Positions 57,135 through 63,035 of a DNA stretch of 64,000 nt are shown piece after piece; positions within the stretch are counted from its first letter, which is position 1, and the number at the start of each line of letters is the position of its first letter. The notes beneath the pieces were generated by a model. That model searched no databases, was not told the DNA's origin, and saw nothing but the letters and a program-made list of their open reading frames with translations. The position numbers were made by a program, and so were the translations under genes. Source of the stretch: Octopus vulgaris (taxonomy: Eukaryota); assembly GCA_951406725.2 (NCBI GenBank), contig OX597818.1, positions 39,184,001-39,248,000 of the forward strand, given 5' to 3'.

Positions 57135-60100
57135 TTGTGTGTCTGTGTTTGTTCTCCTAGCATTGCTTGACAACTGATGCTGGTGTGTTTACGTCCCCGT
57201 CACTTAGCGGTTCGGCAAAAAGAGACCGATAGAATAAGTACTGGGCTTACGAAAAAGAATAAGTCCCGGGGTCGAGTTGCTCGACTAAAGGCGGTGCTCC
57301 AGCATAGCTGCAGTCAAATGACTGAAACAAGTAAAAGAGTAAAAGAAAAAGAGAGAGTATTTCTCCTTCATGAACAAAGACTAATCATCTCAGCACTTTC
57401 TAATCTTACTTGGCCCTTGAGCACTCTGTTTTATGCAATGTATATTCATTAACATCGTTTTGAATTAATCATGCATTATCTCATAGCTTTGAGATTTCAA
57501 TGATATAATTGCTTATTTTTAAAATGGCATCGTAGGGAAGACTGAGAAGCCACGTCTGGCTGATTTAAACTTAAAACAGGTAGAATATTTGAGCCTGATA
57601 TGGTCAGTTTACCAACCATATGATTCTTGGGTGCTTTTGCAGAGTTTGCTGTGTTGCAAGAATTTGGACCTATTTTCTAATTTGAGGATTGTTGTTTCTT
57701 CCCCTTTTTCCTCCACCAATCTTAAAGGCCCTATAAAAGACTAGCTTTCTAATATTAATTAAGCCATAAAAAAGATATTTTTTTTTGTATTTTATATACG
57801 TATCCTTTTATTTCTTCTATTTTTAGTTGGATGTGGTTGCATATCAAGAAAATAACACAAAAGTTTCTACAACGGCTCAGTTAGTGATTAATGTAATCCG
57901 AAACCCTAATGCTCCAATCTGGGACAGTAGATTGTATAATAAATCTATTAGTGAAAACCATCATATCGGTTCATCTGTCTTACAACTGACTGCTGATGAC
58001 AAGGATCAACAGGTTAGTAGCTTCCAGATGTTTCTTTAATGTTTGTTCTACCTTAAGTGATGCTTTTTCATCATCATCATCATCATCCTTTAACGTCCGC
58101 TTTCCATGCTAGTATGGGTTGAATGGTTCAACTGGGGTCTGGGAAGCCAGAAGGCTTTACCAGGCCCAGTCTGATCTAGCGGTGTTTCTACAGCTGGATT
58201 CCCTTCTAGCTGTAGAAACACTGCCAGATCAGACTGGGCCTGGTGCAGCCTTCTGGCTTTTTGTTTCTATAAATTAGGTTTAAACTTGAAAATTTAAACT
58301 TGATAATTTATATTGAATACATTTGAAGAATATGTAATATAAACAAAGAGAAAATAGCTTTTAATTCATACCCTGCTTATTCACCAAAAAAATCATTTAT
58401 TTCTTATTTCTTTGATTTGGCTTTATGACATGAGATCAAATCTTATAGAAGCCTCATATTAAATCACTGTAAACGCTCTAATTGCTAGTATATGAATATA
58501 ACATATAGCCAAATATTGATCAGTTTCATTACTCTTAAATCTAATATAGAGTATCTTTTATTGGAATATAACATGTATGTATATGATACATATATAATAC
58601 AAAATCACATCAAAAATACAAATTCAAAATCAGGAGAAAAAAATGGAAAAAGAAGAACAAAGAATGATAAAAAAAGAAAAGAGTAAGAAAAACAAAAAAG
58701 AAAGAAAAAGCATTAAATCAACACCAAGTGCTTCAATTGGTTGTACACCACAATGTTCAATGGATCCTGCTGAAACAAACCAATACACTTGTGACATTAC
58801 CACAGGTGATGGCGAGGCTAAGCCATTGGTACAGCCAAGCTCCCTTAAAGGCATCATCTGACACCTTGGTAAGGTGAGCCACCAATGATTACAAGAACTT
58901 CACCATTAGTGGCCCTGTTTACAGAATTTGTTTTGCTTCTGTAAACTAGAAACACTGATTTTTTTTTTTTACTTTTTAAAGAACCAGTCAAAGAAAATAT
59001 TTTCTCAAATCCAGAATTTCTGAGTGCATGTTGATACTTTACTCAGTTCCATGGTATTAAGCAGCTAAAAGACAAATCTCCTTCTGGGTAGCATGCCACT
59101 CTATCCCATTCCCAACTGGCAGTAGGCTTAATTCTTTGGTTTAACACCCCATCTGTCCCTCATGTGCCTTTAGCAGAGTTCATTCTGTTGCCAGCATCTG
59201 GTAAGGTCATAGGTCTTTGGATAACTTCCTTCTATCCAGTCATTATGCTCTTCTTCTTGTAACTAAGCCATAAAAAATGTTTTTAAAGGAACTTGCCCTT
59301 CTGCCTGACATCTTTGTGAACTGAAGAGACAATGCAGAATTAAGCATTTTACTCAGAAACTATGAAATGATTGCAACCAACATGGACTTACAACATATGA
59401 ATTTGTAGTCCAGACCCTTCTATACTTTGTGGTTATTTTTTTTCCTTACAATAAATAATTATCCCTGTTTGAATTTTTAAGTCCTACAATTATCTGCAAG
59501 TCATTGATTTGGCAAAGACATATATTTATTTAAACACCTTTTTTGTTCCATAATTATTCCATAATACACACAATCTTATTATTGTGTCAAGATTTGCAGG
59601 TGATTGTTGTTTAGACACAGGTCAGCCCTAGGTGAGCAGACCTGTAATGAATGGTATTCTAACCATAAACATTCCAGCATTCCCTTGGGAATTATGCATC
59701 TAGAAGTACATTATTCAATGGATCCCTTTTCTTGGTGGTGGAGTATAATTTAAAGGATAATTGACTACTACTTCTAGCAGGTCGAGTGACCAGAGTGTGA
59801 GCTATTTGAATTTAAATTGGAAGTCAGTTAACTGATATTTATAGTAAAAAATATCATTTAAAATATATCAAAAGCAAGCCAATAAGATGTTGTTCCAAGA
59901 CTAAAGACAATTCTATTTTGCTAAACATAAGTGTTACAAAAGACTAGAGCTAAGTCTATTTAGCTGAATTAAATAGAATCAATAGCTAAATAGAATTAAC
60001 TCTAATATTTGCTACTAAATCTATGGTACCAAAGGCTAGAGTTAACTCAATTTAGTCAAAGACTAGAGTTAATTCTCTTAAGCAAAATATAAATATATGT

Positions 60101-62593
60101 CTTTGCCAAATCAACAAACCTCTCAATGCACCACATAATCATTCTCTCTCTCTCTCTCTCTCTGCATATGGGTGCCAACAGTCATGGACCTCCATGCCAA
60201 AATGTGAAGATTAATTATTTTTCTTAAGAGGCTCCAATTGCTATCTCCTGGCTCATTTATAGTTTACCTTGCAAATCCTTCTGCTCTCTTGACCTTACCC
60301 TTGGGGCAGAGTCCATTAACTCTGAGACAGAGGAACTGGTTCACTTGCCATAAGGGCATATCCATAAGCCAGGACACTTGTGACAACATGTCACAAGTGT
60401 CAAACCTTCAAATCCTGTATGCCTTCACTGTAGCATATTCTTGTTATTTGGCCCTTGATGGGGACTTTGACAAGTACTATCATTCCAGGTCAGAACAGAC
60501 CTGGTGCAGGGGTGACTGAGGAATAACTATATGAGGGGGTGCTGAAAAGTTCCTGGCTTTAAGGATATCACAAAAGGCCTGGCTGGAGACCCAACCTTCC
60601 AAGTTTTTTCACAGGGCTTGAAAATACTGAAGGACCACTGCAATAAGTGTGTGAATATGAGAGGGGAATATGTTGAATAAAATCATAAGTAATTGATCTG
60701 TCTGTATTTTCTTTTACTCAAAGCCTGGAATTTTTCAGCAGCCCCTCGTATATGCTCCAAACTCTTGAACTCTGACCTCACCACCAGACACAGTTCAATG
60801 CTTTACCTAGGACAATAATCATTTCACTTCGTTTTTCTCAGCTTGGATTAGTTTTCTTTAGCTCAGAGTCTCACAAATTGCAATGACTCTTTGTCATCAA
60901 AAACAAAAAGATTGAGGAACATGCAGAGAAAAAACAAAGAATACATCATTTAAATCTTACACCATAGCTCCTTTTAGTATTCCATGTTTAGAATGAGGGT
61001 GCCTCTTTTCCTTTTAAATATTTTTTTGTTAATTATATTCTGTGCAACATTTGAATAATTTTTTATTAACAAAATGTTATCCTCTATTAATTTATATAAT
61101 CTCTTCTGTTGTCTTTTACAAGTTTCATATTTAAATAATCATTTTTTTATTCTACTATTAGGACAAGTTAACCTACACTTTGGTGTCGCAGAATACCGGA
61201 AGCACAAACTATTTCTTTTTAGAAGAAGACACAGGTATACTTTATCTGCTGAGATCCTTGAAAAATAGCTCTTTCAATGTATTTAATGTAAGTATATGTT
61301 ACTTTTACTTTAACAATTAAAAGTTTAATTTTCCTATAATAATTTCTAGATTTTCAAATTCAAATTCCACAAATGTATGTGTACGTGCACATGCACACAC
61401 GCATACACACACACACACACACACGCATGTACAAAGACAAAAATTTGACTAGATGCAGCATATTTTACAAATCTAGCTGAGGCTTATAAAGATACAGTGT
61501 TATGCATTGGAATCTACTTCTACACAATGATGTACACAAACATAGATTCTGTTTGTAGGGTTTACCAAAAGAGCTTACTTAAATAGCCACTGTCAAAAGC
61601 ACAAGCACAATTCTTTTAATAGTCAGCAGTAGTCTACCCTAGACAAAGGTGAACTGCTAACACACACACACACACACACATACACACACATATTAGATAA
61701 AGATAGTTATAGTCAGTCTATGGGGTTACCCAGGGTTTCACATCCATAAGGTGCTTAGGTTTATGTCGTCTCTTCAAACCCAAATGACTGTTGGTTATTA
61801 GAGGTTATAGACTGTAGACCAGTTATAACTATCTTTATCTAATTACTCAACTGCTCTAATACTTAGATTGTGCTTCACTTTCTGATTTATGATTCACTGA
61901 TGATATACATACATACATACATACATGCATCCTCACTATAGTTAAGGGTGGATGTAAACAAATGCGAATGAATGACAAAATGCAAAAAAAAATATAAAAA
62001 GATATATAACGAAATCTACGGAGAAAAATTTACAAATGATAAAATATAATAATCATATTTTACAAAGTAAAAATTAGAGAGTATATTAACGTAAAAATGA
62101 CATGAAAAATATTGTAAAACAAATGTAAAAATATCGTAAAAAATATGTATGTTCAATCTACCATTGTATAACATGGTCATACTATGTGTTAAGTTCAGCT
62201 TAACGTCGAAAGGTTCGACGAAAATATCTACATTGTCTGTTAATTACATTCGTAACTGTTAAAATATTAAAATATAGAAATTGTAATTGAATTATAATAA
62301 AGTTATCAAGAGTCCTGACGATTGGGGTTGCAGTTAAGACATGTTTCTGTAAAAAAACTGAGTGTCTAGGGAACGTTAAACGCACCTCATGAAACATGTG
62401 TAGAAGAGAAATTTAGAACTGATTAATAAGTATTAAAATAAAATTTTATGATATGGCGTGATGTACATTAGGATTTGATTAATTGCATGGGGATTTCTAT
62501 CTCTAAATAACATATATTTCCTTATCAGGAATAATTCATTTTATTTGAATCCCTGTGACATCAGAATCTTTTATTCCCTAATAAATAAAATAA

Positions 62594-62637
<44 letters not shown>

Positions 62638-62727
62638 GGAGTAAACACATAAATGTGAAACAAGGTGGAAAAAAGGAGTACTCAAATACCAGTGGTAGAA
62701 TAATATGCTTTTGCTGCTTTAAATAAA

Positions 62728-62768
<41 letters not shown>

Positions 62769-63035
62769 AGTGAGGGAGTAAGACAGAGAGAGAAGTAATG
62801 AACTAAAAATAAGTATATAATAAAATATTCTGTATTTTTATATTTTTTGTAGTTGGATGCTAAAGCTTGTGATAATGGAATCCCTGAAAAATGTACAGCA
62901 ATGAGAATCTATATCTATGTACGAAAAAGTACACCTCCCCAGTTCACCACATCTGCATATTACGCTGTTATCAATGATACTTTATCACCACAAGCAACTG
63001 TTCTTTCTGTTACTGCCAGTGATCAAGATTTACAA
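2265..63035 (+). CDS. Internal part (28 exons, 1451 codons, about 14 EC repeats) of a giant non-canonical cadherin-repeat protein (Fat/CDH23-like architecture); both gene ends lie outside the window
   Basis: 28 segments with polypyrimidine-AG acceptors and GT donors. All lengths are multiples of 3 and they join without stops. Recurrent cadherin motifs: AxD, (N)xPxF, GxxV/IxxVxAxDxD, YxI/L, FxIxxxTGxIxL. Many NxS/T sequons. Confidence 0.93.
2670..2865 (+). mobile_element. Old retroposon 3' fragment with (CAA)n-like tail; relatives at about 9460-9645, 30690-30860, 31140-31335 and 59603-59790 (-)
   Basis: Shared degenerate motifs GCTAGAAATAGCA, ATAATGTAGTCCTAGATA, TTTGATCATAGGTC and GCTAAACAACA. 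Confidence 0.55.
3085..3510 (-). mobile_element. SINE of the family with an internal (TA)n/(TG)n microsatellite
   Basis: Diverged reverse-complement match to the intact copy at 56924-57350. Confidence 0.75.
4810..4995 (+). CDS. Exon 2 (long type, 62 codons)
   Basis: ttcag|[34 protein letters not shown]...[16 protein letters not shown]|gtaaga. Confidence 0.92.
5016..5390 (-). mobile_element. RTE-tail retroposon copy, about 20 nt after the exon 2 donor
   Basis: (CAT)n followed by the family core. Confidence 0.8.
5484..6654 (+). mobile_element. Internally deleted mariner element with a nested SINE (about 6200-6600)
   Basis: TA-flanked TIRs TGAGGTAGTATCAAAAAGTTC / GAACTTTTTGATACAACCTCA. Transposase remnants [15 protein letters not shown] and [22 protein letters not shown]. 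Confidence 0.8.
6876..7415. repeat. About 540-bp (CTT/CCT)n polypyrimidine/polypurine compound microsatellite
   Basis: Directly visible. It produces the spurious RG-rich and E-rich minus-strand ORFs. Confidence 0.95.
7630..7860 (-). repeat. Unclassified dispersed repeat (about 190 bp plus A/T-rich end); other copies at 43705-43985 and 58630-58900 in the opposite orientation
   Basis: Shared CACCAAGTGCTTCAATTGGTTG, GGTTCAATGGAACCT, GGCATCACCTGACACCTT and GTGAGCTGCCAATGAT. Confidence 0.75.
7908..8076. repeat. About 80-90 bp tandem duplication containing (AC)n, just upstream of exon 3
   Basis: TTGAATAAAATTA...TTTTACACA(CA)n...GTTAAAAGT.AATCAGTT occurs twice. Confidence 0.8.
8107..8235 (+). CDS. 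Exon 3 (short, 43 codons)
   Basis: acag|[43 protein letters not shown]|gtaagt. Confidence 0.92.
8309..8895. mobile_element. Cluster of tRNA-derived SINE copies (one plus, two minus partial)
   Basis: A/B-box-like heads. The body matches 256-569 and 18820-19067. Confidence 0.7.
9126..9302 (+). CDS. Exon 4 (long, 59 codons; lacks DxD)
   Basis: ttcag|[59 protein letters not shown]|gtaagt. Confidence 0.9.
10140..10265 (-). mobile_element. CR1/L2-type LINE 3' fragment
   Basis: [13 protein letters not shown]...FKNSMFPKI resembles the FFxxRVVxxWNxLP C-terminus of CR1-clade ORF2. Similar fragment at 42085-42335. Confidence 0.55.
10694..11150 (-). mobile_element. RTE-tail retroposon copy
   Basis: (CAT)n, family core and degenerate internal tandem units. 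Confidence 0.8.
12227..12355 (+). CDS. Exon 5 (short, 43 codons)
   Basis: tttag|[43 protein letters not shown]|gtaaga. Confidence 0.9.
13000..14480 (-). mobile_element. Decayed Penelope-like retroelement, reverse transcriptase region
   Basis: Minus-strand motifs in the expected order: [74 protein letters not shown]. Stops and frameshifts present; left boundary uncertain. Confidence 0.8.
14624..14797 (+). CDS. Exon 6 (long, 58 codons)
   Basis: ttcag|[58 protein letters not shown]|gtaagt. Confidence 0.92.
15610..15762 (+). mobile_element. Old SINE family fragment (core GACTTTGCCTTTCATCCTTTCGGGGTCGATAAAATAAGTACCAG); relatives at about 580-720, 3860-4050, 31515-31725, 32750-32900, 35270-35470 (-), 38490-38680 (-) and 39260-39460 (-)
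   Basis: Recurrent degenerate core with B-box-like GAGTTCAAAT. Confidence 0.7.
16372..16506 (+). CDS. Exon 7 (short, 45 codons)
   Basis: tacag|[45 protein letters not shown]|gtaaga. Confidence 0.9.
17313..17726. repeat. Recent 207-bp head-to-tail tandem duplication
   Basis: 17313-17519 and 17520-17726 differ at only a few positions; TTA microhomology at the junction. Confidence 0.9.
18070..18258 (+). CDS. Exon 8 (long, 63 codons)
   Basis: ttcag|[37 protein letters not shown]...[16 protein letters not shown]|gtgagt. Confidence 0.92.
18820..19067 (-). mobile_element. tRNA-derived SINE
   Basis: Minus-strand head GGAGGCACTTGGCTTAGTGGTCAGGG...GGTTTCGATTCC; matches 8660-8895. Confidence 0.75.
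19636..19961 (-). mobile_element. RTE-tail retroposon copy with about 2.5 internal 63-bp tandem units
   Basis: Family core, then repeated TTTTATGTGCCACCGACACAGGTGCCAGACGAGGCTG. Confidence 0.85.
20075..20200 (+). CDS. Exon 9 (short, 42 codons)
   Basis: cacag|[42 protein letters not shown]|gtaagt. Confidence 0.9.
20882..21064 (+). CDS. Exon 10 (long, 61 codons)
   Basis: accag|[61 protein letters not shown]|gtaagt. Confidence 0.92.
21663..21776 (+). CDS. Exon 11 (short, 38 codons)
   Basis: cttag|[38 protein letters not shown]|gtgagt. Confidence 0.87.
22169..22387. repeat. Near-perfect inverted repeat, about 98-bp arms with a 23-nt loop
   Basis: 22169-22266 is the reverse complement of 22290-22387 with a few mismatches. 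Confidence 0.9.
23526..23951 (+). mobile_element. Internally deleted hAT (Tip100-like) element
   Basis: Degenerate TIRs CAATGCTGGTTTAA / TTAATCCAACCCTG; 8-bp flanks TCTACATC / TTTGCATC; remnant [31 protein letters not shown] resembles the end of the hAT dimerisation domain. Confidence 0.7.
24503..24685 (+). CDS. Exon 12 (long, 61 codons; Cys pair)
   Basis: ttcag|[36 protein letters not shown]...[13 protein letters not shown]|gtaagt. Confidence 0.92.
25372..25841 (-). mobile_element. Young RTE-tail retroposon copy with five 62-bp tandem units
   Basis: ACAGGTGCC recurs at 25555, 25617, 25679, 25741 and 25803 (period 62). Confidence 0.9.
26172..26297 (+). CDS. Exon 13 (short, 42 codons)
   Basis: tgcag|[42 protein letters not shown]|gtaagt. 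Confidence 0.9.
26371..28265 (-). mobile_element. 5'-truncated, decayed RTE-clade LINE (RT, C-terminus, 3' UTR and (GAT)n tail)
   Basis: [49 protein letters not shown], and C-terminal [17 protein letters not shown]. Ends in the family core plus (GAT)n. Confidence 0.88.
29098..29317. mobile_element. piggyBac-type MITE
   Basis: TTAA on both sides (29094-97, 29318-21); termini CCTTTT...AAAAGG. Confidence 0.65.
29470..30070 (+). mobile_element. SINE (microsatellite-core family) interrupted by a 223-bp local duplication at 29677-29899
   Basis: The 5' half (29470-29675) and 3' half (29900-30070) are collinear with the intact copy at 56924-57350. Confidence 0.75.
30144..30323 (+). CDS. Exon 14 (long, 60 codons)
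   Basis: ttcag|[60 protein letters not shown]|gtacga (weaker donor). Confidence 0.88.
31759..32619. mobile_element. Mariner derivative built from two inverted 5' halves
   Basis: TA-flanked TIRs. The plus arm encodes [16 protein letters not shown]...TCSEAYTK and the minus arm encodes [27 protein letters not shown]. Confidence 0.85.
32987..33106 (+). CDS. Exon 15 (short, 40 codons)
   Basis: ttcag|[40 protein letters not shown]|gtgagt. Confidence 0.9.
33131..33815 (-). mobile_element. Heavily 5'-truncated copy of the RTE LINE (ORF end plus 3' UTR)
   Basis: Collinear with 26371-27045. Confidence 0.85.
34808..35196 (-). mobile_element. tRNA-derived SINE (CpG-rich, young)
   Basis: Minus-strand head GGAGGTGCAATGGCCCAGTGGTTAGGGCAGCGGACTCGCGGTC...GGTTTCGATTC. 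Confidence 0.8.
36107..36283 (+). CDS. Exon 16 (long, 59 codons; DxD replaced by HRN)
   Basis: tacag|[59 protein letters not shown]|gtaaga. Confidence 0.9.
36580..36985 (-). mobile_element. SINE, microsatellite-core family
   Basis: Reverse complement of 56924-57350; (AGTAAAAG)n tail. Confidence 0.85.
37771..37893 (+). CDS. Exon 17 (short, 41 codons)
   Basis: ttcag|[41 protein letters not shown]|gtaagc. Confidence 0.92.
38722..39236. mobile_element. Unclassified insertion bracketed by (TAA)n tracts, possibly the end of a microsatellite-targeting non-LTR element
   Basis: Block of higher GC between (TAA)n at about 38683-38720 and about 39237-39248; no coding motif recognised. Confidence 0.35.
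39738..39920 (+). CDS. Exon 18 (long, 61 codons)
   Basis: tacag|[61 protein letters not shown]|gtaagt. Confidence 0.93.
40075..40373 (+). pseudogene. Pseudo-exon fragment: copy of the 3' half of exon 20 plus its downstream intron and SINE head
   Basis: [35 protein letters not shown] versus exon 20 [38 protein letters not shown] collinear with about 44827-45126. Confidence 0.88.
40520..41090 (-). mobile_element. SINE, microsatellite-core family with expanded (TACA)n/(TA)n
   Basis: Flanks match the family; internal repeat about 230 bp. Confidence 0.8.
41153..41460 (+). mobile_element. tRNA-derived SINE
   Basis: TGGCCTAGTGG...GAGTTCGAATC head and (CAA)n tail; matches 256-569. Confidence 0.8.
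41830..42024 (-). mobile_element. Short RTE-tail copy embedded in (TAA)n
   Basis: Family core at 41893-42024 with (TAA)n on both sides. Confidence 0.75.
42085..42335 (-). mobile_element. CR1/L2-type LINE 3' fragment
   Basis: Minus strand reads [28 protein letters not shown], then a UTR running into (ATT)n. Confidence 0.6.
42821..42952 (+). CDS. Exon 19 (short, 44 codons; only LDRE-like motif, PLDRD)
   Basis: ttcag|[44 protein letters not shown]|gtaagt. An internal in-frame GTAAGG is also present at 42908. Confidence 0.9.
43050..43480 (-). mobile_element. Diverged SINE, microsatellite-core family
   Basis: CCAAATTCACTCACAAAGCATTGGTC and CATTGGACTGTGG..GCTGGGG motifs. Confidence 0.7.
44749..44931 (+). 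CDS. Exon 20 (long, 61 codons)
   Basis: ttcag|[61 protein letters not shown]|gtaatt. Confidence 0.9.
45810..45935 (+). CDS. Exon 21 (short, 42 codons)
   Basis: tgcag|[42 protein letters not shown]|gtaaga. Confidence 0.9.
46669..46924. mobile_element. hAT (Charlie-like) MITE
   Basis: Termini CAGGAGTTCTCAGCC / GGTTGATAAACCACTG; 8-bp flanks CTCTATAT / CTCTTCAT. Confidence 0.65.
47125..47307 (+). CDS. Exon 22 (long, 61 codons)
   Basis: ttcag|[61 protein letters not shown]|gtaatg. Confidence 0.92.
48110..48349 (+). mobile_element. Non-LTR retrotransposon 3' fragment with A-rich tail
   Basis: [38 protein letters not shown]-stop, a short UTR, and a poly(A)-like tail at about 48329-48349. Confidence 0.65.
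48813..48941 (+). CDS. Exon 23 (short, 43 codons)
   Basis: tgcag|[43 protein letters not shown]|gtaagt. Confidence 0.92.
49505..49997. mobile_element. Two RTE-tail copies in inverted orientation (49505-49750 minus, 49808-49997 plus)
   Basis: The family core appears forward and then as its reverse complement, separated by a short microsatellite. Confidence 0.85.
50412..50830 (-). mobile_element. RTE-tail retroposon copy
   Basis: (CAT)n plus family core. Confidence 0.8.
51472..51663 (+). CDS. Exon 24 (long, 64 codons; AAG acceptor, lacks DxD, 3' end ambiguous)
   Basis: ttcaag|[64 protein letters not shown]|gtgagc. Alternative in-frame donor GTAAGA at 51628. Confidence 0.8.
51850..52558 (+). 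mobile_element. Long plus-strand RTE-tail copy with internal degenerate tandem units
   Basis: Ends GGTTGGCGTTAGGAAGGGCATCCAGCTG...GCATGGAAAGCGGACGTTAAAC(GAT)n. Confidence 0.85.
52771..53250 (-). mobile_element. RTE-tail retroposon copy, close relative of 5016-5390
   Basis: (CAT)n plus core; internal sequence collinear with 5016-5390. Confidence 0.8.
53435..53566 (+). CDS. Exon 25 (short, 44 codons)
   Basis: tgcag|[44 protein letters not shown]|gtaagt. Confidence 0.9.
53788..55286. repeat. About 285-bp inverted repeat pair (53788-54075 and 55000-55286), probably Penelope-type pseudo-LTRs
   Basis: The arms are reverse complements throughout. Each carries (C/T)TGATGAAGCTCC...GAAACAGCTGTT. Confidence 0.8.
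54559..54980. mobile_element. MITE with about 24-bp TIRs and a perfect 8-bp TSD (Merlin-like by its GG termini)
   Basis: ATATTATG|GGATCTTTTTGGTTTGAACGGCAG...CTGCCATTCAAACCAAAAAGATCC|ATATTATG. The superfamily call is inference. Confidence 0.85.
55995..56385 (+). mobile_element. 5'-truncated SINE, microsatellite-core family
   Basis: Collinear with 56985-57350. Confidence 0.85.
56924..57350 (+). mobile_element. Full-length tRNA-like SINE with internal (TA)n(TG)n and (AGTAAAAG)n tail
   Basis: Head GGCGCAGGAGTTGCTGTGTGGTAAG...GGGTTCAGTCCC; about 10 relatives in the window. Confidence 0.85.
57827..58012 (+). CDS. Exon 26 (long, 62 codons)
   Basis: tttag|[62 protein letters not shown]|gttagt. Confidence 0.92.
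58068..58259 (-). mobile_element. Truncated RTE-tail copy ending in a fold-back inversion
   Basis: 58144-58195 is the reverse complement of 58208-58259 (4 mismatches in 52). Confidence 0.85.
59504..60114. mobile_element. Candidate MITE with perfect 25-bp terminal inverted repeats
   Basis: TTGATTTGGCAAAGACATATATTTA / TAAATATATGTCTTTGCCAAATCAA; internal AAAGACTAGAG subrepeats; no TSD seen. Confidence 0.55.
60532..60748 (+). mobile_element. Mariner-derived MITE
   Basis: TA-flanked TIRs TGAGGGGGTGCTGAAAAGTTCC / GGAATTTTTCAGCAGCCCCTCG; transposase C-terminal remnant [14 protein letters not shown]-stop. Confidence 0.85.
61162..61287 (+). CDS. Exon 27 (short, 42 codons)
   Basis: attag|[42 protein letters not shown]|gtaagt. 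Confidence 0.9.
61692..61843. repeat. Small inverted-repeat element with perfect 20-bp arms
   Basis: ATTAGATAAAGATAGTTATA / TATAACTATCTTTATCTAAT. The interior resembles the reverse complement of about 23453-23487. Confidence 0.7.
62853..63035 (+). CDS. Exon 28 (long, 61 codons; Cys pair)
   Basis: tgtag|[61 protein letters not shown]|gtaaga. Confidence 0.92.

Noticed and set aside
58643-58861. 72-aa [33 protein letters not shown] as an extra exon
   Set aside because: It belongs to a three-copy dispersed repeat, has no acceptor context and has no place in the exon alternation.
2265-63035. Cluster of separate protocadherin genes, or Dscam-style mutually exclusive exon arrays
   Set aside because: There is no signal peptide, TM or stop between repeats. 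Short and long exons alternate strictly rather than forming runs of equivalent alternatives, which fits one continuous ORF.
2265-63035. Assigning a gene symbol such as FAT4 or CDH23
   Set aside because: Only EC-like repeats are visible. Orthology needs the termini and a phylogeny.
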